Below, piece after piece: positions 13,112 to 24,533 of a stretch of DNA of 64,000 nucleotides. Within the stretch, counting starts at the first letter, position 1. Each line of letters starts with the position of its first letter. The stretch comes from an uncultured Chloroflexia bacterium. GTDB lineage: Bacteria > Chloroflexota > Limnocylindria > Limnocylindrales > CSP1-4. The stretch covers positions 510,566-574,565 of the forward strand of contig CAVUIE010000001.1 in assembly GCA_963741445.1 (NCBI GenBank), written 5' to 3'. Under the pieces are notes generated by a model. It made no database searches. It was not told the origin of the DNA and saw only the letters and a program-made list of their open reading frames with translations. A program made the position numbers and the translations under genes.

Positions 13112-14401
13112 ATGACCGACGCGCCGACGCCATCCCGGATCGCGACCTGGCTCGACCGCTGGGGCGACATCGTGCCGCTCCTGGTGGCCGAGTTCGTCGT
13201 GTGGCTCGGGTTCGGCGGGCTGCTCCCGGTGCTGCCGATCTACTTCACCGAGCAGGGCCTCGACTTCGCGACGCTCGGGCTGGTCGTCGCGGCCTGGCCG
13301 GCCGCGCGGCTCGTGTCGGAGCCGATCTTCGGGTGGCTCGCCGACCGCACGGGGCGGGTCCGGCTGATGGTCATCGGACTGCTCGTGACCGGCGTCCTCG
13401 GGGCGCTGCCCCTGGTCTTCACCGGCGCCCTCCCGTTCCTGCTGCTCCGCGCCGGCGCGGGGGTCGGCGCCGCGATCTACGACCCGGCGGCCCGTGGCTA
13501 CCTGACGGACGCGACGCCGCCGGGCCGCCGCGGCGAGGCGTTCGGGCTCTACGGCGCGGCGCAGATGGGCGGCCTGCTGCTGGGCCCGGCGATCGGCGCG
13601 TTCGGCGCCGACCGGTTCGGCGGCATCGGCTTCGTGTTCATCTTCAGCGCGATCGCCGCATTCGCGGCGGCCCTGGCGATCGGCCTCCGCGTCCGCGAGA
13701 CACCGGGCCGGACGCACCCGGCGCCCTCGCCCGACTCGACCGAGTTCCCGCCCAATTCGGCGTCCCTCGTCCGTCGCGCCGCGAGCGACGTGGATGCCGA
13801 TCGCGACCGCGCCCCGGACCCGACGCTCCCCACGAGCCTCTGGAACCGCGGCCTGATCGCGGTCATCGTGATCAACGCCGGCGGGTACTTCGCGGGCGGC
13901 ACGTACGAGGTCATCTGGAGCATCTTCCTGCAGGGCCTCGGGGCGGGCCTCGGGCTCATCGGGTTCACGTTCATGATGTTCGGCTTGCCGGTCCTCCTGT
14001 TCTCGCCGGTCGCAGGGGCGATCGTGGACAGGCGCGGCTCGTTCGCGTTCATCGTCATCGGGTCCATCCTGCCCGCGCTCTGCGGCATCGCGTACACGCT
14101 CATCCGCGACCCGATCCTGGCGGTGCCATTGATCCTGATCGAGGCGACGGGCTTCGCGTTCCTCAATCCGGCGCTCTACGCGGTGGTCGCGGCCAACTCG
14201 CCGGCCGGCCGGTCATCGACGACGCAGGGCCTGTTCGGGGCGGCGGGAACGCTCGGATTCATCACGGCGTCCCTGCTCGCCGGCGTACTCGCGGAGTCGT
14301 CGATCTACTACCCGTTCTACGTCTTCTCGGCCGTCCTTCTGGGCTCGCTCGTGCTCGGATTGCTGATCGGTGGGCCGCGTCTGCGGGGCCGGACCGTTTG
14401 A
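13112..14401 (+). CDS. MFS transporter with about 12 TM segments.
   Basis: MFS motif A-like sequences are present (GWLADRTGRVRLM, FGADRFGG). The fold is a 6+6 helix arrangement with a central hydrophilic loop. Confidence 0.8.
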   Translation: MTDAPTPSRIATWLDRWGDIVPLLVAEFVVWLGFGGLLPVLPIYFTEQGLDFATLGLVVAAWPAARLVSEPIFGWLADRTGRVRLMVIGLLVTGVLGALPLVFTGALPFLLLRAGAGVGAAIYDPAARGYLTDATPPGRRGEAFGLYGAAQMGGLLLGPAIGAFGADRFGGIGFVFIFSAIAAFAAALAIGLRVRETPGRTHPAPSPDSTEFPPNSASLVRRAASDVDADRDRAPDPTLPTSLWNRGLIAVIVINAGGYFAGGTYEVIWSIFLQGLGAGLGLIGFTFMMFGLPVLLFSPVAGAIVDRRGSFAFIVIGSILPALCGIAYTLIRDPILAVPLILIEATGFAFLNPALYAVVAANSPAGRSSTTQGLFGAAGTLGFITASLLAGVLAESSIYYPFYVFSAVLLGSLVLGLLIGGPRLRGRTV

Positions 14402-14431
14402 CCGAATCGGCCCCGGCGACTACCATCCGCG

Positions 14432-14506
14432 GGCGGGGTGGAGCAGCGGCAGCTCGTCGGGCTCATAACCCGAAGGTCACTGGTTCGAATCCAGTCCCCG
14501 CAACCA
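14432..14506 (+). tRNA. Initiator tRNA-Met (CAT anticodon).
   Basis: The sequence is nearly identical to E. coli tRNA-fMet: TGGAGCAGC D-arm, a CTCGTCGGGCTCATAACCCGA anticodon arm with three consecutive G:C pairs, GGTTCGAATCC T-arm and a CCCCGCAACCA 3' end. Confidence 0.85.
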
Positions 14507-14630
14507 AGACGCCTTTTCCTGAACCCCGGGCCCGACCACCCGGGGTTCTTCCTTGTTCGGGACCTCGCCCGCCCAGGACGAGGCGAGACCCAGATCCTTC
14601 CGGGCCGCGGATCGACGATCGAGGATCGCG

Positions 14631-15933
14631 TCAGGGGGCGACGCGCTGCCAGCTGCCCTCGCCGTCTCCCGTCCAGGGCGTCTCGGTCACGCGACCCGTG
14701 GCTGGATCGGCCGTGACGTAGTGGGACGTCGTCCCGTCCCCCTCGATGCCGCCGAGCAGGGATCGGTCGTCCGGCGCCCACGACCACCCTTCGCCGCAGC
14801 TGGCGACCTCGCTCGTCGGGCAGACGAGCTCGAGGGACGCACCCGTCCCGTCGATCGGCACCACCACGGTGCGTACGATCGACCCGTCAGGCGGAAACCC
14901 CCGGACGAGGACCATCCGCGTGGAGTCGTTGGACCAGGCCATGGGCCCGGCGGCGTACAAGGTCCCGGGAAGCGTGTCGACCTCGCGGTCTCCCGTCCCG
15001 TCGGCAGCCATCACATGGGCGCGCGCGGTGATCGTGTCGGCATTCGTGTCGAACTTGCCGTACGAGATCCACTCGCCATTCGGGGACCAACTTGCGCCGA
15101 AGATGTCCGAAGAGGCCGATGGCGCCACAAGCGTGCGGGTGGTGCCGGCGTCGAGGTCGACGAGGGACAGGCTCCGCGTCCTCGCACCGGGTAGCCACTC
15201 CGTCACCAGGACCTGAGAACTGTCGGTCGGGCGATAGCGCGGTGCCTCGGCCTGGTCTGCCGAGGCCGGGAGTCGGACGTCGAGGGTCCGTGGTTGGCCG
15301 GAGGCATCGCTGGCGACCGCGAAGATCTGCGGACGCCCGTCGACCATCGCCGTCACGAGGAGGGCACGGCCATCGGGCGAGAAGGTCCAGTCCAGAAGGT
15401 CATCGACCGGGTTCGGTGTCACCCTGATCGGGCCTGACCCGTCGGCCTTGACGACGAAGACGGCCCGGCCGCCGGGGCCGAGGTCTCGCTCGAACGCGAT
15501 CTTCGTCCCGTCATTCGAGTAGACGGGCGCGCCATCGCGCTCCGGGCCGCCGACGAGCACCCGCATCGCCGCCGTCGCGGGATCGACGGTGACGATGTCA
15601 CCAGCCTGTTCGAAGGCGATCAGCCCATTGCCGGCCACGCCGAACGGCGGTGGCAGCTTCGGCTGTAGTGCGCCGATGAAGGCCACGGTGCCGGCGATGA
15701 CCAGGGCGACGAGGAGAAGGGCCAGGACGATCGTCCGCCACGGCATGCGCGGCGCGAACGCGGAGCGGCCGGTGATGTCCGCCATGGGAAGCCACCTTTC
15801 GGGGAACGTCCAGCGAGGGCGCTGCCGCTCGCGAGCGGTCTTGCCCAGGACGTCGTCGATGTAGTCAGGGTTGGGGCCCATCGCCAGGTCGCCAAGGATC
15901 GACGGGAGGTTGCGCTCGAGGCGCTCGGGGGTC
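14631..15933 (-). CDS. Anti-sigma factor. It has an N-terminal anti-sigma domain, a single TM helix and a TolB-like beta-propeller periplasmic domain.
   Basis: Its ATG overlaps the sigma stop (ATGA). The N-terminal roughly 60 aa end in RPRWTFPERWLPM before the TM helix WRTIVLALLLVALVIAG. The C-terminal repeats (SNDGTKIAFER, FSPDGRALLV, WSPNGEWISY) are TolB or DPP-IV propeller-like. Confidence 0.7.
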
Positions 15934-15934
15934 G

Positions 15935-16495
15935 TCATGCGACCTGCGCTCCCTTGACCGGCGATGGGGTGGGCGGCTCCGTGCCGACCGCGATCCGCAT
16001 CTCGCCCAGGGCGCGATGGAGCCGCGACTTGACGGTGCCGATGGGGATCCCGAGGGTCGCCGCGACGTCCGTCAGCGGCAGCCCCAGGAAGTAGTGCAGG
16101 ACGACGATCGCGCGGCCCGCATCGTCGAGCCGCTGCATCGCGGTATCGACGATCTCGCGGTCGGCGAGCGCGCCGGACATGTCGGACGCGGCCGGCATGT
16201 CGATCGGCGTGAGCTCGACCTCGATCGGACGGCGTCGTCGACGACGCGCCTGGTCGAGACACGAGTTGATGGTCAGCCGGTACAGCCAGGCATCGAACCG
16301 GTCGGGGTCACGCAACCTCGGCAGGTCTCGCCAGGCCCGGATCAGCGCCTCCTGGACCGCGTCGCGGGCCAGCTCCGGATCCCGGAGGACGAGGCGGGCG
16401 GCCTGGTCCAGCCGCGTGACGGCCCCACGGGCGAGTTCGGCGAAGGCGTCATGATCGCCCTTCCCGGCTCGCTCGACGAGTCCACGCTGGTCCAC
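15935..16495 (-). CDS. ECF (sigma-70 family group IV) RNA polymerase sigma factor.
   Basis: The start is GTG. Region 2 reads DPDRFDAWLYRLTINSC. Region 4 reads LPLTDVAATLGIPIGTVKSRLHRA. Confidence 0.85.
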   Translation of the reverse strand: MDQRGLVERAGKGDHDAFAELARGAVTRLDQAARLVLRDPELARDAVQEALIRAWRDLPRLRDPDRFDAWLYRLTINSCLDQARRRRRRPIEVELTPIDMPAASDMSGALADREIVDTAMQRLDDAGRAIVVLHYFLGLPLTDVAATLGIPIGTVKSRLHRALGEMRIAVGTEPPTPSPVKGAQVA

Positions 16496-16618
16496 GGTCG
16501 CCTCGACATCGGCACGGCCTGGAGGTCGTGCTCACTAGGGTATGGCGTCAGGGCCGCGGTTTCGGTTCTTGGTCGGCCAGGGCGTGACCCGGGATCGATC
16601 GTCGGCCGCCGCGCGTGG

Positions 16619-19600
16619 TCAGCGGACCCCGGTCCGGCGGCGGTAGGCGACGGCGCCGGCGGCGGCGATCGTCGCCGCGAGTACCGCGCACGCCGCGATC
16701 ATCGCGGCACCACCAGGCACCGCCCGGAATGGGTCACGGGCCGCGTCGGTCGGTGGCGGGGTGGCAGTCGGGACCGGCGTCGGCGCGGCAGCCGTGACGA
16801 TGATGGTCAGGACCGCGGTGTCGCATACCGCCTGGTCGTTGGGGCTGCAGACCTGGTAGGTCACCTGGTCGGTGCCGACGAACCCGGCGTTCGGTGTGTA
16901 GATGATCGAGCCGATGACCGCGGTCCCGTTCGTCGGCGGGGTCACGATGGTCGGCGCGCCGGCGTCGCCGATGTCGTTGGCCTCGACATCCACCTCGACC
17001 GGCGTGCCGTCCGTGGTCGTCGCGGCGTCGTCCACGGCGAGCGGGCTGACCGTCACCGTCACCGTTCCGGTGTCGCACAGGCTGGGCGTACCGTCGTCGC
17101 AGCCCTCGACCGTGAACGTATCGGTGCCGGTGAAGGTGCCCGTCGGGGTGTAGATGAATGCGCCGCTGTCGTCGACGGTGGCCGTGCCGTTCGCCGCGCC
17201 GACCGTCACCGACATGGTGATGGTCTGGCCCGCGTCGGGATCACTGACGGCCACGCTCCCGGTCGCCTGGACGGTGGCCGTCGTCGACGCGGTCGCGTCG
17301 CCCACGACGGGGGGCTCGTTCGGGATCGCGGCGACGTCGACGGTCACGGTCGCGGTGGCGCAGACGGTGGGCGAGACGGTGCTGCAAACCTGGTAGTCGA
17401 AGCTGTCGGTGCCGGTGAAGCCCGGGGTCGGCGAATAGGTGATCGTGCCGTCTGTCTCGACCGTCGTGGTGCCATTCCCGGGCGCCACCACGACCGTCGG
17501 CGCGCCGACCGCGCCAAGGTCGTTGGCCGCGATGTCGACGTTGACCGGCACCCCGTCCGTGGTCGTGGCCGCGTCGTCACCGGCAACCGGGTTGACGGTC
17601 ACCGTCACGACCCCGGTGTCGCAGAGGCTCGGGGTCCCGTCGTCGCAGCCCTGGACCGTGAAGGTGTCGATGCCGGTGAACGTGCCCGTCGGCGTGTACG
17701 TGAAGGCCCCCGTGTCGTCGACGGTGCCGACGCCGTTGATCGCCGCGACCGTCACGGTCATCGTCACCGTCTGCCCGACATCCGGGTCGCTGACCGCCAC
17801 GTTCCCCGTGGCCGGGACGGTCGCGGTCGTGATCGCGGTCGCGTCCCCGACGACCGGCGGCTGGTTCGGCGTCGCGGCCACGTCGACGGTCACGGTCGCG
17901 GTCGCGCAGACGGTCGGCGACACCGTGCTGCAGATCTGGTAGTCGAACGTGTCCGTGCCCGGTGAAGCCCGGCGTCGGCGAGTAGGTGATGGTGCCGTCC
18001 GCCTCGACGGTGGTCGATCCGTTCGCCGGGCCGCTCACCACCGTCGGGGGACCGGTATCGCCCAGGTCGTTCGCCGCGATGTCGACGTTGACCGCGACGC
18101 CGTCCGTGGTCGTCGCCGCGTCGTCCCCGGCGAGCGGGCTCACCGTCACGGTCACCACGCCGGTGTCGCACAGGCTCGGCGTCCCGTCATCGCAGCCCTG
18201 CACCGTGAACGTGTCGGTGCCGCTGAACGCCCCGGTCGGCGTATAGGTGAACGCTCCCGTGTCGTCGATGGTGGCGGTCCCGTTGATCGCGGCGACCGAC
18301 ACGGTCATCGTCACCGTCTGTCCGGCATCCGGGTCGCTGACGGTGACGCTTCCGGTCGCCGGGACGGTCGCGGTCGTCGCGGCCGTCGCGTCGCCGACCA
18401 CGGGCGGCTGGTTCGGCGTCGGGGCCACGTCCACGGTCACGGTCGCCTGATCGCAGGCCGTGGGCGCGGCCACGCTGCAGATCTCGTAGACGAAGCTGTC
18501 CGTGCCCGTGAAGCCTGGGGTCGGGGCGTAGGTGATCGAGTCGTTTGGCTGCACGGTGGCGGTGCCATTCGCGGGTCCGCTGACGATCGTGGGCGCGCCG
18601 GCCGATCCGATGTCGTTGGCCGTGACGGTGACGTTGACCGCGACCCCGTCCGTGGTCGAAGCGGCATCGTCCACCGCGAGCGGACGGACCGTGACCGTGA
18701 CGTGGCCGCTGTCGCACAGGACCGGGTCGCCATCGTCGCAGCCGACGACCACGAACTCGTCGATCCCGGTGAACGTGCCCGATGGCGTGTAGGTGAACGC
18801 GCCGGTGTCGTCGATCGTCGCCGTGCCGTTCGCCGGCGCGACCGCCACGGACAACGTCACGGTCTGCCCGGCGTCCGGGTCGCTGACGGCCACGCTCCCG
18901 GTGGCCGGGATGGTCGCGGCGGTCGTCGCGGTGGCGTCACCGACGGCCGGCGGCTGGTTCGGCGCGGCGCCCACCTCGATGGTGACCGTCGCCTGTCCGC
19001 AGACCGTCGGCGAGATCGTGCTGCAGACCTCGTAGACGAAGGTATCGGTACCGGTGAAGCCTGGCGTCGGCGAGTAGGTGATCGAGCCGTCGGCCTCGAC
19101 CGTGGCGCTCCCGTTCGCCGGCCCACTCACGACCGTCGGCGCTCCGGTGTCGCCCAGGTCGTTGGCGGCCACGTCCACGTTCACCGGGACCCCGTCCGTG
19201 GTGGTCGCCGTGTCGTCGGCGGGGATCGGCGCGATCGTGATGGTGACGGTGCCGCTGTCGCACAGGCTCGGGCTGCCGTTGTCGCAGCCCGTCACGACGA
19301 ACGTGTCGATGCCCGTGAACGCACCCGTCGGCACCCATTCGAACGAGCCGTCAGGCCCCACGGTCGCCGTCCCGTGTCCCGGCGGCGTCGTCAGCGACGC
19401 AGTGACGACCTGGCCGGTGTCCGGATCGCTCATCGGGACGACGCCGGTGAGCCGCGAGGTCGGGATCCAGTCGATGCTCACATCGTCCACGACCGGTGGC
19501 TGGTTTGCCGGCGGGGCCGCATCGACCACCGTGGTGACGATCGCGTTCGGGCTCGAGCCGTCGTTGTTCCCCGGCCGCCCGTCGACGGACGTCGAGGTGG

Positions 19601-20929
19601 CGGAGACCACGGCCACCAGGGTTCCCGACGCCGGCGCGGTCCCGGTCACGGTGAAGATCCGGGTCGCGCCGGGGGCCAAGGTGCCGACCGTCCAGGTGAC
19701 CGTGCCGCCGCCGATCACGCCGCCACCATCGGCCGCCACGCCGCCGAGCGCCGGCGGCAGCGCCTCCGTGACGACCACCCCGGTCGCTGTGGTCGGCCCG
19801 CGATTGACCGCCACGATGGTGTAGGTGATCGTCCCGCCCGGAGCCACGATGGCCGGTCCAGCCTGGACGACCGAGACGTCGGCGGTCGCCGGTGGGACCG
19901 TGCCGCAGCCGAACGGCAGGTCCGCCAGGCCCGTCCTCGTCACCGGAGCGGCCACGACGTTCGTGACGGTGCCGTTCTGCGTGTCGAAGATCTGGCTGCC
20001 GGTCGGCGACGTGTCGTCGAAGACGATCGGCTGGGCGGCGGACAGCCCGCTGAAGACGTTCTGGGTGACCGTCGTTGCCGGTGAACGAGAACTCGCCGAA
20101 GCCGGTCACCGAGCCGCTGTTGGTCATGTTCGCACCGGTGGTGACGCCGACGATCCCCTGGAAGAACGTGCCGTTGTTCTGCCACGTCGTCCCGGGATCG
20201 AGCTGGATCCAGCCGCCGTTGAGGACCTGGGAGCCGTTGTTGAGGCCGTTGCGGATCCGCATGACGCAGGCGTTGCCGAGCAGCGCGCTGCTATTGAGGT
20301 TCACGCTCCCGGCGAAGTCGAGCGACCCGGTGTTCAGCACGCCGCCGTTGAGGTTCGTTGATCCGTTGATGGTCAGCGTCCCGCCGTTCTGCACGACGCC
20401 GCCGTTCTGGTTGAACCCGTTCGAGATCGTGGCCGTGCCGTCGTTGACGAAGGTCGCCGAGGTGTTGAACCCATTCGGCATCGTCCACGTGGCCCCGGCG
20501 TGGTTCGTCAGCGTCGCCGGGCCGTTCGTGTTGAAGCCGCTCGGGAAGTCGGCAAGGCCGAAGTTGTCGTAGGTGAAGCCACCCTGGACCGACGTCCCGG
20601 GCATCACGACTCGGCCGCGGTTGTACAGGGAGCCGGCCGCGTTGTTCATGTACGGCGGCTGGAAGGTCGCGGAGGCAGCCACGCAGATCACGCCGCCGCT
20701 CGCCCAGCTGTTGACGCCGCCCTGGAACGTGCCGGCGGAGATGAGGACGACGCTGGTCGAGGTCACGTCGATGGCCGTCGTCGAGCTCGACGCCGATCGT
20801 CGTGGTCGGGCTCGCGCACGCGTCGTCGTAGGCGTCGGCCAGGACCGTCAGCGGAGCGGCGGCCCAGGCGCCGAGCATCGTGACGAAGGCCAGCAGGGCA
20901 AGGACGGCGGGCGAGCGTCGTCGGTGCAT
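16619..20929 (-). CDS. Giant cell-surface protein of about 1,430 aa. It has a signal peptide, a beta-helix-like NGG-rich region, a DUF11-like domain, about eight tandem-95 (cadherin-like or Big_9) repeats and a C-terminal TM anchor. It is split over four ORF-track frames.
   Basis: The signal peptide is MHRRRSPAVLALLAFVTMLGAWAAAPL. The repeat unit reads DDAATTTDGVPVNVDIAANDLG...GTITYSPTPGFTGTDSF.YQVCS. DUF11 reads GTITYTIVAVNRGPTTATGVVVTEALP. The C-terminal anchor reads AAMIAACAVLAATIAAAGAVAYRRRTG. Confidence 0.7.
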
Positions 20930-20973
20930 CGGGCGATGATAGGCGAGCCGGCTGGCGTCCAGGCGTCCTCGAC

Positions 20974-21731
20974 TCACTCCCATCGGAACCATCGGACGGC
21001 CACGCCGACGGCCGCGACGGCCCAAACGCGCCGACGACGACGAGGGCCGGGCCGGCCTCGCCGGCCCCGCCGAGGGCGACCCGGAACGCCTCGACGAGGG
21101 CGCCCGCCGGGAGCAGTCCGCCAAGGGTCGCCAGACGGGCCGGCAGGTGGTCGAGCGGGATCACGACCCCGCCGAGCAGCAGGCAGGCGATGAACAAGGC
21201 GTTGGCAAGGGTCAGCGTCGCCTCGGCCCGCAGCGTCCCGGCGAGCGCGAGGCCCGAGTCCGGCGAACGCGGCGGTCCCGATGAGCAGCGTGATCGCGAA
21301 CAGCGGCCACGAGACCCCCGATCCCGGGCGCCAGCCGAAGACGGCGGCGGCGATCGCCATCAGGACGAGCACCACGAGGACTTCGATCGATGAGGATCGT
21401 CAGCGAGCTTCGCCGCGATCAGCCCGGTCCGCCCGAGCGGCGACCCGCCGAGCCGCTTGAGGACGCCGTACGACCGTTCGTAGGCGGTCGCGATCCCGAG
21501 GTTGACGAGCCCGGCGGCGATGACCGCCAGGGCGAGCGTGCCCGGCAGCAGGACGTCGATCCGCGCCTGGCCCGCGGGGACCGGCACGAGATCGACCGAG
21601 CCGAAGAACAGCAGGACCGCCACCGGGATCCCGACCAGCGCCAGCAGGTTCTCGCCACGTCGCGAGGTCAGGCGCGCCTCCATCGCGACCTGGGCCAGGG
21701 TCGCCCGTGGCCAGCTTGCCGCGGCGCTCAT
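20974..21731 (-). CDS. ABC-2 family transporter permease with several frameshifts.
   Basis: Hydrophobic helices are found in three frames (ORFs 21419..21658, 20974..21375 and 20763..21197). The ATG overlaps the ATPase stop (ATGA). Confidence 0.6.
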
Positions 21732-22655
21732 GCCGCGCCGACCAGGGCGAGGTAGGCATCCTCGAGCGAGCCGCCGACCGAGCGCGATTCGACGACCAGC
21801 AGGCCCTCGGACGCGGCCCAGGCCGTGATCGCCGCGGTCAGGTCCGGGGTCGGGCGGCACGCCGGCGATGGCGTACCAGTCCGCCTCGACGACGACGCTG
21901 GCGCCCGCCGTTGCCCCCGCCGCGGCGGCCAGGGCCTCCACCTGGGCGGGCGTCAGCGGTCGCTCGAAGCGCAGCCGCAGCCGCGGACGGAGGCCGGCGG
22001 CGAGCTCGGCGGGCGTGCCCGCGGCGACGACCCGCCCGTCCACCAGGATCGCGATCCGGTCCGCGAGCCGCTCGACGTCGGCCAGGTCGTGGCTGGTGAG
22101 CAGGATCGCGACGCCCGCCGGCCCGCAGGTCGGCGACGATCCGCGCGGGTCGCGGCGCGGCCCTCCGGGTCCATCCCGGCGGTCGGCTCGTCGAGCAGGA
22201 CCACCTCCGGGCGCCCGACCAGCGCCAGGGCGAGGCCGAGCCGCTGCCGCTCGCCGCCCGACAGGCGCCGGTAGCGGGTGTCGGCGACGCCACGCAGCCC
22301 CACGAGGTCCAGCAGCTCGTCGGGGTCGCGCGGGTCCAGCGTGGAACGCCGCGTACTGGCGCAGGGTCTCGCGCGGCCGGGCGCGCATGTCGATGCCGCC
22401 GCCCTGCAGCATCAGCCCGACCCGGGCGCGCAGCTCGCGACCGCCGGCGGCGGGGTCCAGCCCGAGGACCCGGGCGCTCCCGGCGTCCGCGCGACGATAG
22501 CCCTCGACGATCTCGACGGTCGTCGTCTTGCCCGCGCCGTTCGGCCCGAGCAGCGCCACGATCTCGCCGGCCCCGACCTGGATCGAGACGTCGTCGACCA
22601 CCGCTCGATCGCCGTACCGCTTGACCAGGCCATCGAGCTCGATGGCGGCAGTCAC
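21728..22655 (-). CDS. ABC transporter ATP-binding protein with several frameshifts.
   Basis: Walker A reads [10 protein letters not shown]. The signature and Walker B motifs ([28 protein letters not shown]) lie in an alternate-frame ORF (21953..22303). The H-loop reads [16 protein letters not shown]. Confidence 0.75.
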
Positions 22656-22722
22656 GGCGCGATCCGCGCGTACTGGCGTTCGAAGTCGGCGTCCGTCAGC
22701 TCGCCGATCTGGATCGACCGGA

Positions 22723-23160
22723 TCACGCCGGTCCCGTCCACGAAGTAGGTCTGCGGTCGCCCGGCGACGCGATAGGCCGATCTTGAGCGACTTGTCCGGA
22801 TCGACGACGGTCGGCCACGTGGCGCCGTACTCGCGCGACGAACTCCCGGGCGGGGACGACCGGGTCGTCGGTCAGGACCCCCACGATCTCGAGCCCGTCG
22901 GCGGCGTGCTCGGCCAGCTTCCCCTCCAGGAGCGGGAACTCGTCGCGGCAGGGCACGCAGGACGGTCCCCAGAAGTTGACGACGGCAGGATGACCGCGCA
23001 GCGACGCCAGGTCGAAGGCCGCCCCGTCGAGGGTGGTGCCGGCGATCGGCGGCGCCGCCTCGCCGACCGCCGCCTTCGGGCCGCCGCGGATCGAGCCGGC
23101 GACGAGGACGACGACCATGGTCGTGACCAGGGCGATGGCGACCGCGAGCAGGATCGGACG
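22723..23160 (-). CDS. TlpA/ResA-like thiol:disulfide oxidoreductase, membrane-anchored, with a C-terminal frameshift.
   Basis: The thioredoxin-fold active site reads [17 protein letters not shown]. There is a hydrophobic N-terminal anchor. The start codon is uncertain. Confidence 0.65.
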   Translation of the reverse strand, partial: RPILLAVAIALVTTMVVVLVAGSIRGGPKAAVGEAAPPIAGTTLDGAAFDLASLRGHPAVVNFWGPSCVPCRDEFPLLEGKLAEHAADGLEIVGVLTDDPVVPAREFVARVRRHVADRRRSGQVAQDRPIASPGDRRPTSWTGPA

Positions 23161-23181
23161 ACGTGGCGTGGCGGACCCGGC

Positions 23182-24297
23182 CTATTGCAGGGTGGCGGCG
23201 CCCGTCATGTCCGGGTGGATCGTGCAGACGAACGTGTACGAACCTGCGGGCAGTGACGGGACGTCGTACACCACGGTCTTCACGCCCGGGAACGGCTCAC
23301 CCTGGTAGACGCTCGCCCCGGACGCGTCCTTGAACTCGACGTTGTGGTTGGCACCCGCATCCTGGTTGGTGAAGACGACGGTGAACGGCTTGCCGGCCGG
23401 TGCCGTGACGCTCGACTCGATGAACTTGAGGCCCTGGGCGGTGATGCTCACGTCACCGGTCGGCGCCGGGGACGCGGGGCCGGCGCTGGGCGGGGGCGCG
23501 CCCGACGGCGCAGGACCGGATGGGGCCGGCGACCCCGATGGCGTCGCCCCGCCGGCGCTCGCCGTGCCAGGCGGCAGGATCCCGGTCTGGAACAGCACCC
23601 CGCCCACGAACAGGACGGTCAGGGCCGTGACCATCAGCCTCGGGACGCGCGGGTCGGGGGCATTCTCGAGGTGGCCGGTCCGGTCCGCCTCGACCGTCCG
23701 GCGGTATTCGCCGATCGCGTCGAAGAGCCACGGGACCAGCGTCAGGATCAGGGCGAAGACACCGGCCAGGAGCAGCCAGCCGCCGAAGACGAGCCCGAAC
23801 ATGAGGATCGCCAGCCCGATGGCGCCGATGATCGGCCGGAACGACGGTCCGGGCATGTGGACGCCGGGCGGCGGGCCGTCGTGGACCACGGCCGGGAGCG
23901 CGGGGATCGTCTCCTCGACATCGTGCTCGTAGAGGCGCATCGACTCGCGGAACCAGTACAGCAGCGTCAGGACCAGCGCGAGGATGCCCAGCCAGAGGAT
24001 CGGGCCGGGGAAGACGATGCCGAGGAAGAGCAGGAACAACCCGACGGCCGCGAAGACCGGGGCGAACGACGGCCCCGGCATGTGGATGCCGGCCGGTGTC
24101 TTCGGCGGGACGGGCATCTTGCCGCGCCGGGCGGGCGGGGCCCCGCGCAGACGCCGGATCGTGTAGATCAGCCAGACGATGACGACCGCCATCACGCCGA
24201 CCGGCAGCAGCAGGATGAGGCCGCCCCAGTCGGGGATCACCAGCTTGCTGGTCAGATCCAGGAACCAGTTCCAGATCTGCTCGAGCATCTCGACCAA
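23182..24297 (-). CDS. Membrane protein with two tandem subunit-IV-like (actinobacterial CtaF-like) modules fused to a C-terminal cupredoxin (blue copper) domain.
   Basis: The motif HMPGPSF.P...A.G...LW is repeated twice, each copy with two TM helices. The C-terminus (TVVFTNQDAGANHNVEF...YTFVCTIHPDMTGAATLQ) carries type-1 copper ligand spacing H...C..H....M. Confidence 0.65.
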   Translation of the reverse strand: MVEMLEQIWNWFLDLTSKLVIPDWGGLILLLPVGVMAVVIVWLIYTIRRLRGAPPARRGKMPVPPKTPAGIHMPGPSFAPVFAAVGLFLLFLGIVFPGPILWLGILALVLTLLYWFRESMRLYEHDVEETIPALPAVVHDGPPPGVHMPGPSFRPIIGAIGLAILMFGLVFGGWLLLAGVFALILTLVPWLFDAIGEYRRTVEADRTGHLENAPDPRVPRLMVTALTVLFVGGVLFQTGILPPGTASAGGATPSGSPAPSGPAPSGAPPPSAGPASPAPTGDVSITAQGLKFIESSVTAPAGKPFTVVFTNQDAGANHNVEFKDASGASVYQGEPFPGVKTVVYDVPSLPAGSYTFVCTIHPDMTGAATLQ

Positions 24298-24329
24298 GGG
24301 TCAGCCCCGCGCGACGGGGGTCGGGCGGG

Positions 24330-24521
24330 TCACTCGTGCGAACCGGCGATGAGGACGTACGCCATGAGGCTCATCGCGATCCCCAGGAAGAGCAGCATCG
24401 TCACGCCGGCATAGTCGACCTCCCAGCCGCCGATCGTCGGGACCGCCCAGTAGACGATGGCGATCGCGACGAAGACGAGGCCGACGAAGACCGAGTTGCG
24501 CGGGTGTCGGAGCGGATGCAT
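24330..24521 (-). CDS. Cytochrome c oxidase subunit IV-like small membrane protein.
   Basis: This 63-aa two-TM protein lies between the cupredoxin-fusion gene and ctaE. Confidence 0.5.
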   Translation of the reverse strand: MHPLRHPRNSVFVGLVFVAIAIVYWAVPTIGGWEVDYAGVTMLLFLGIAMSLMAYVLIAGSHE

Positions 24522-24533
24522 GGCGCCCTCTCC

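Noticed and set aside
16016-20084. Long plus-strand ORFs (649 aa and 711 aa) rich in Arg, Gly and Asp.
   Set aside because: They are the antisense of the adhesin repeats and have no recognisable domains. The minus strand carries the coherent repeat protein.
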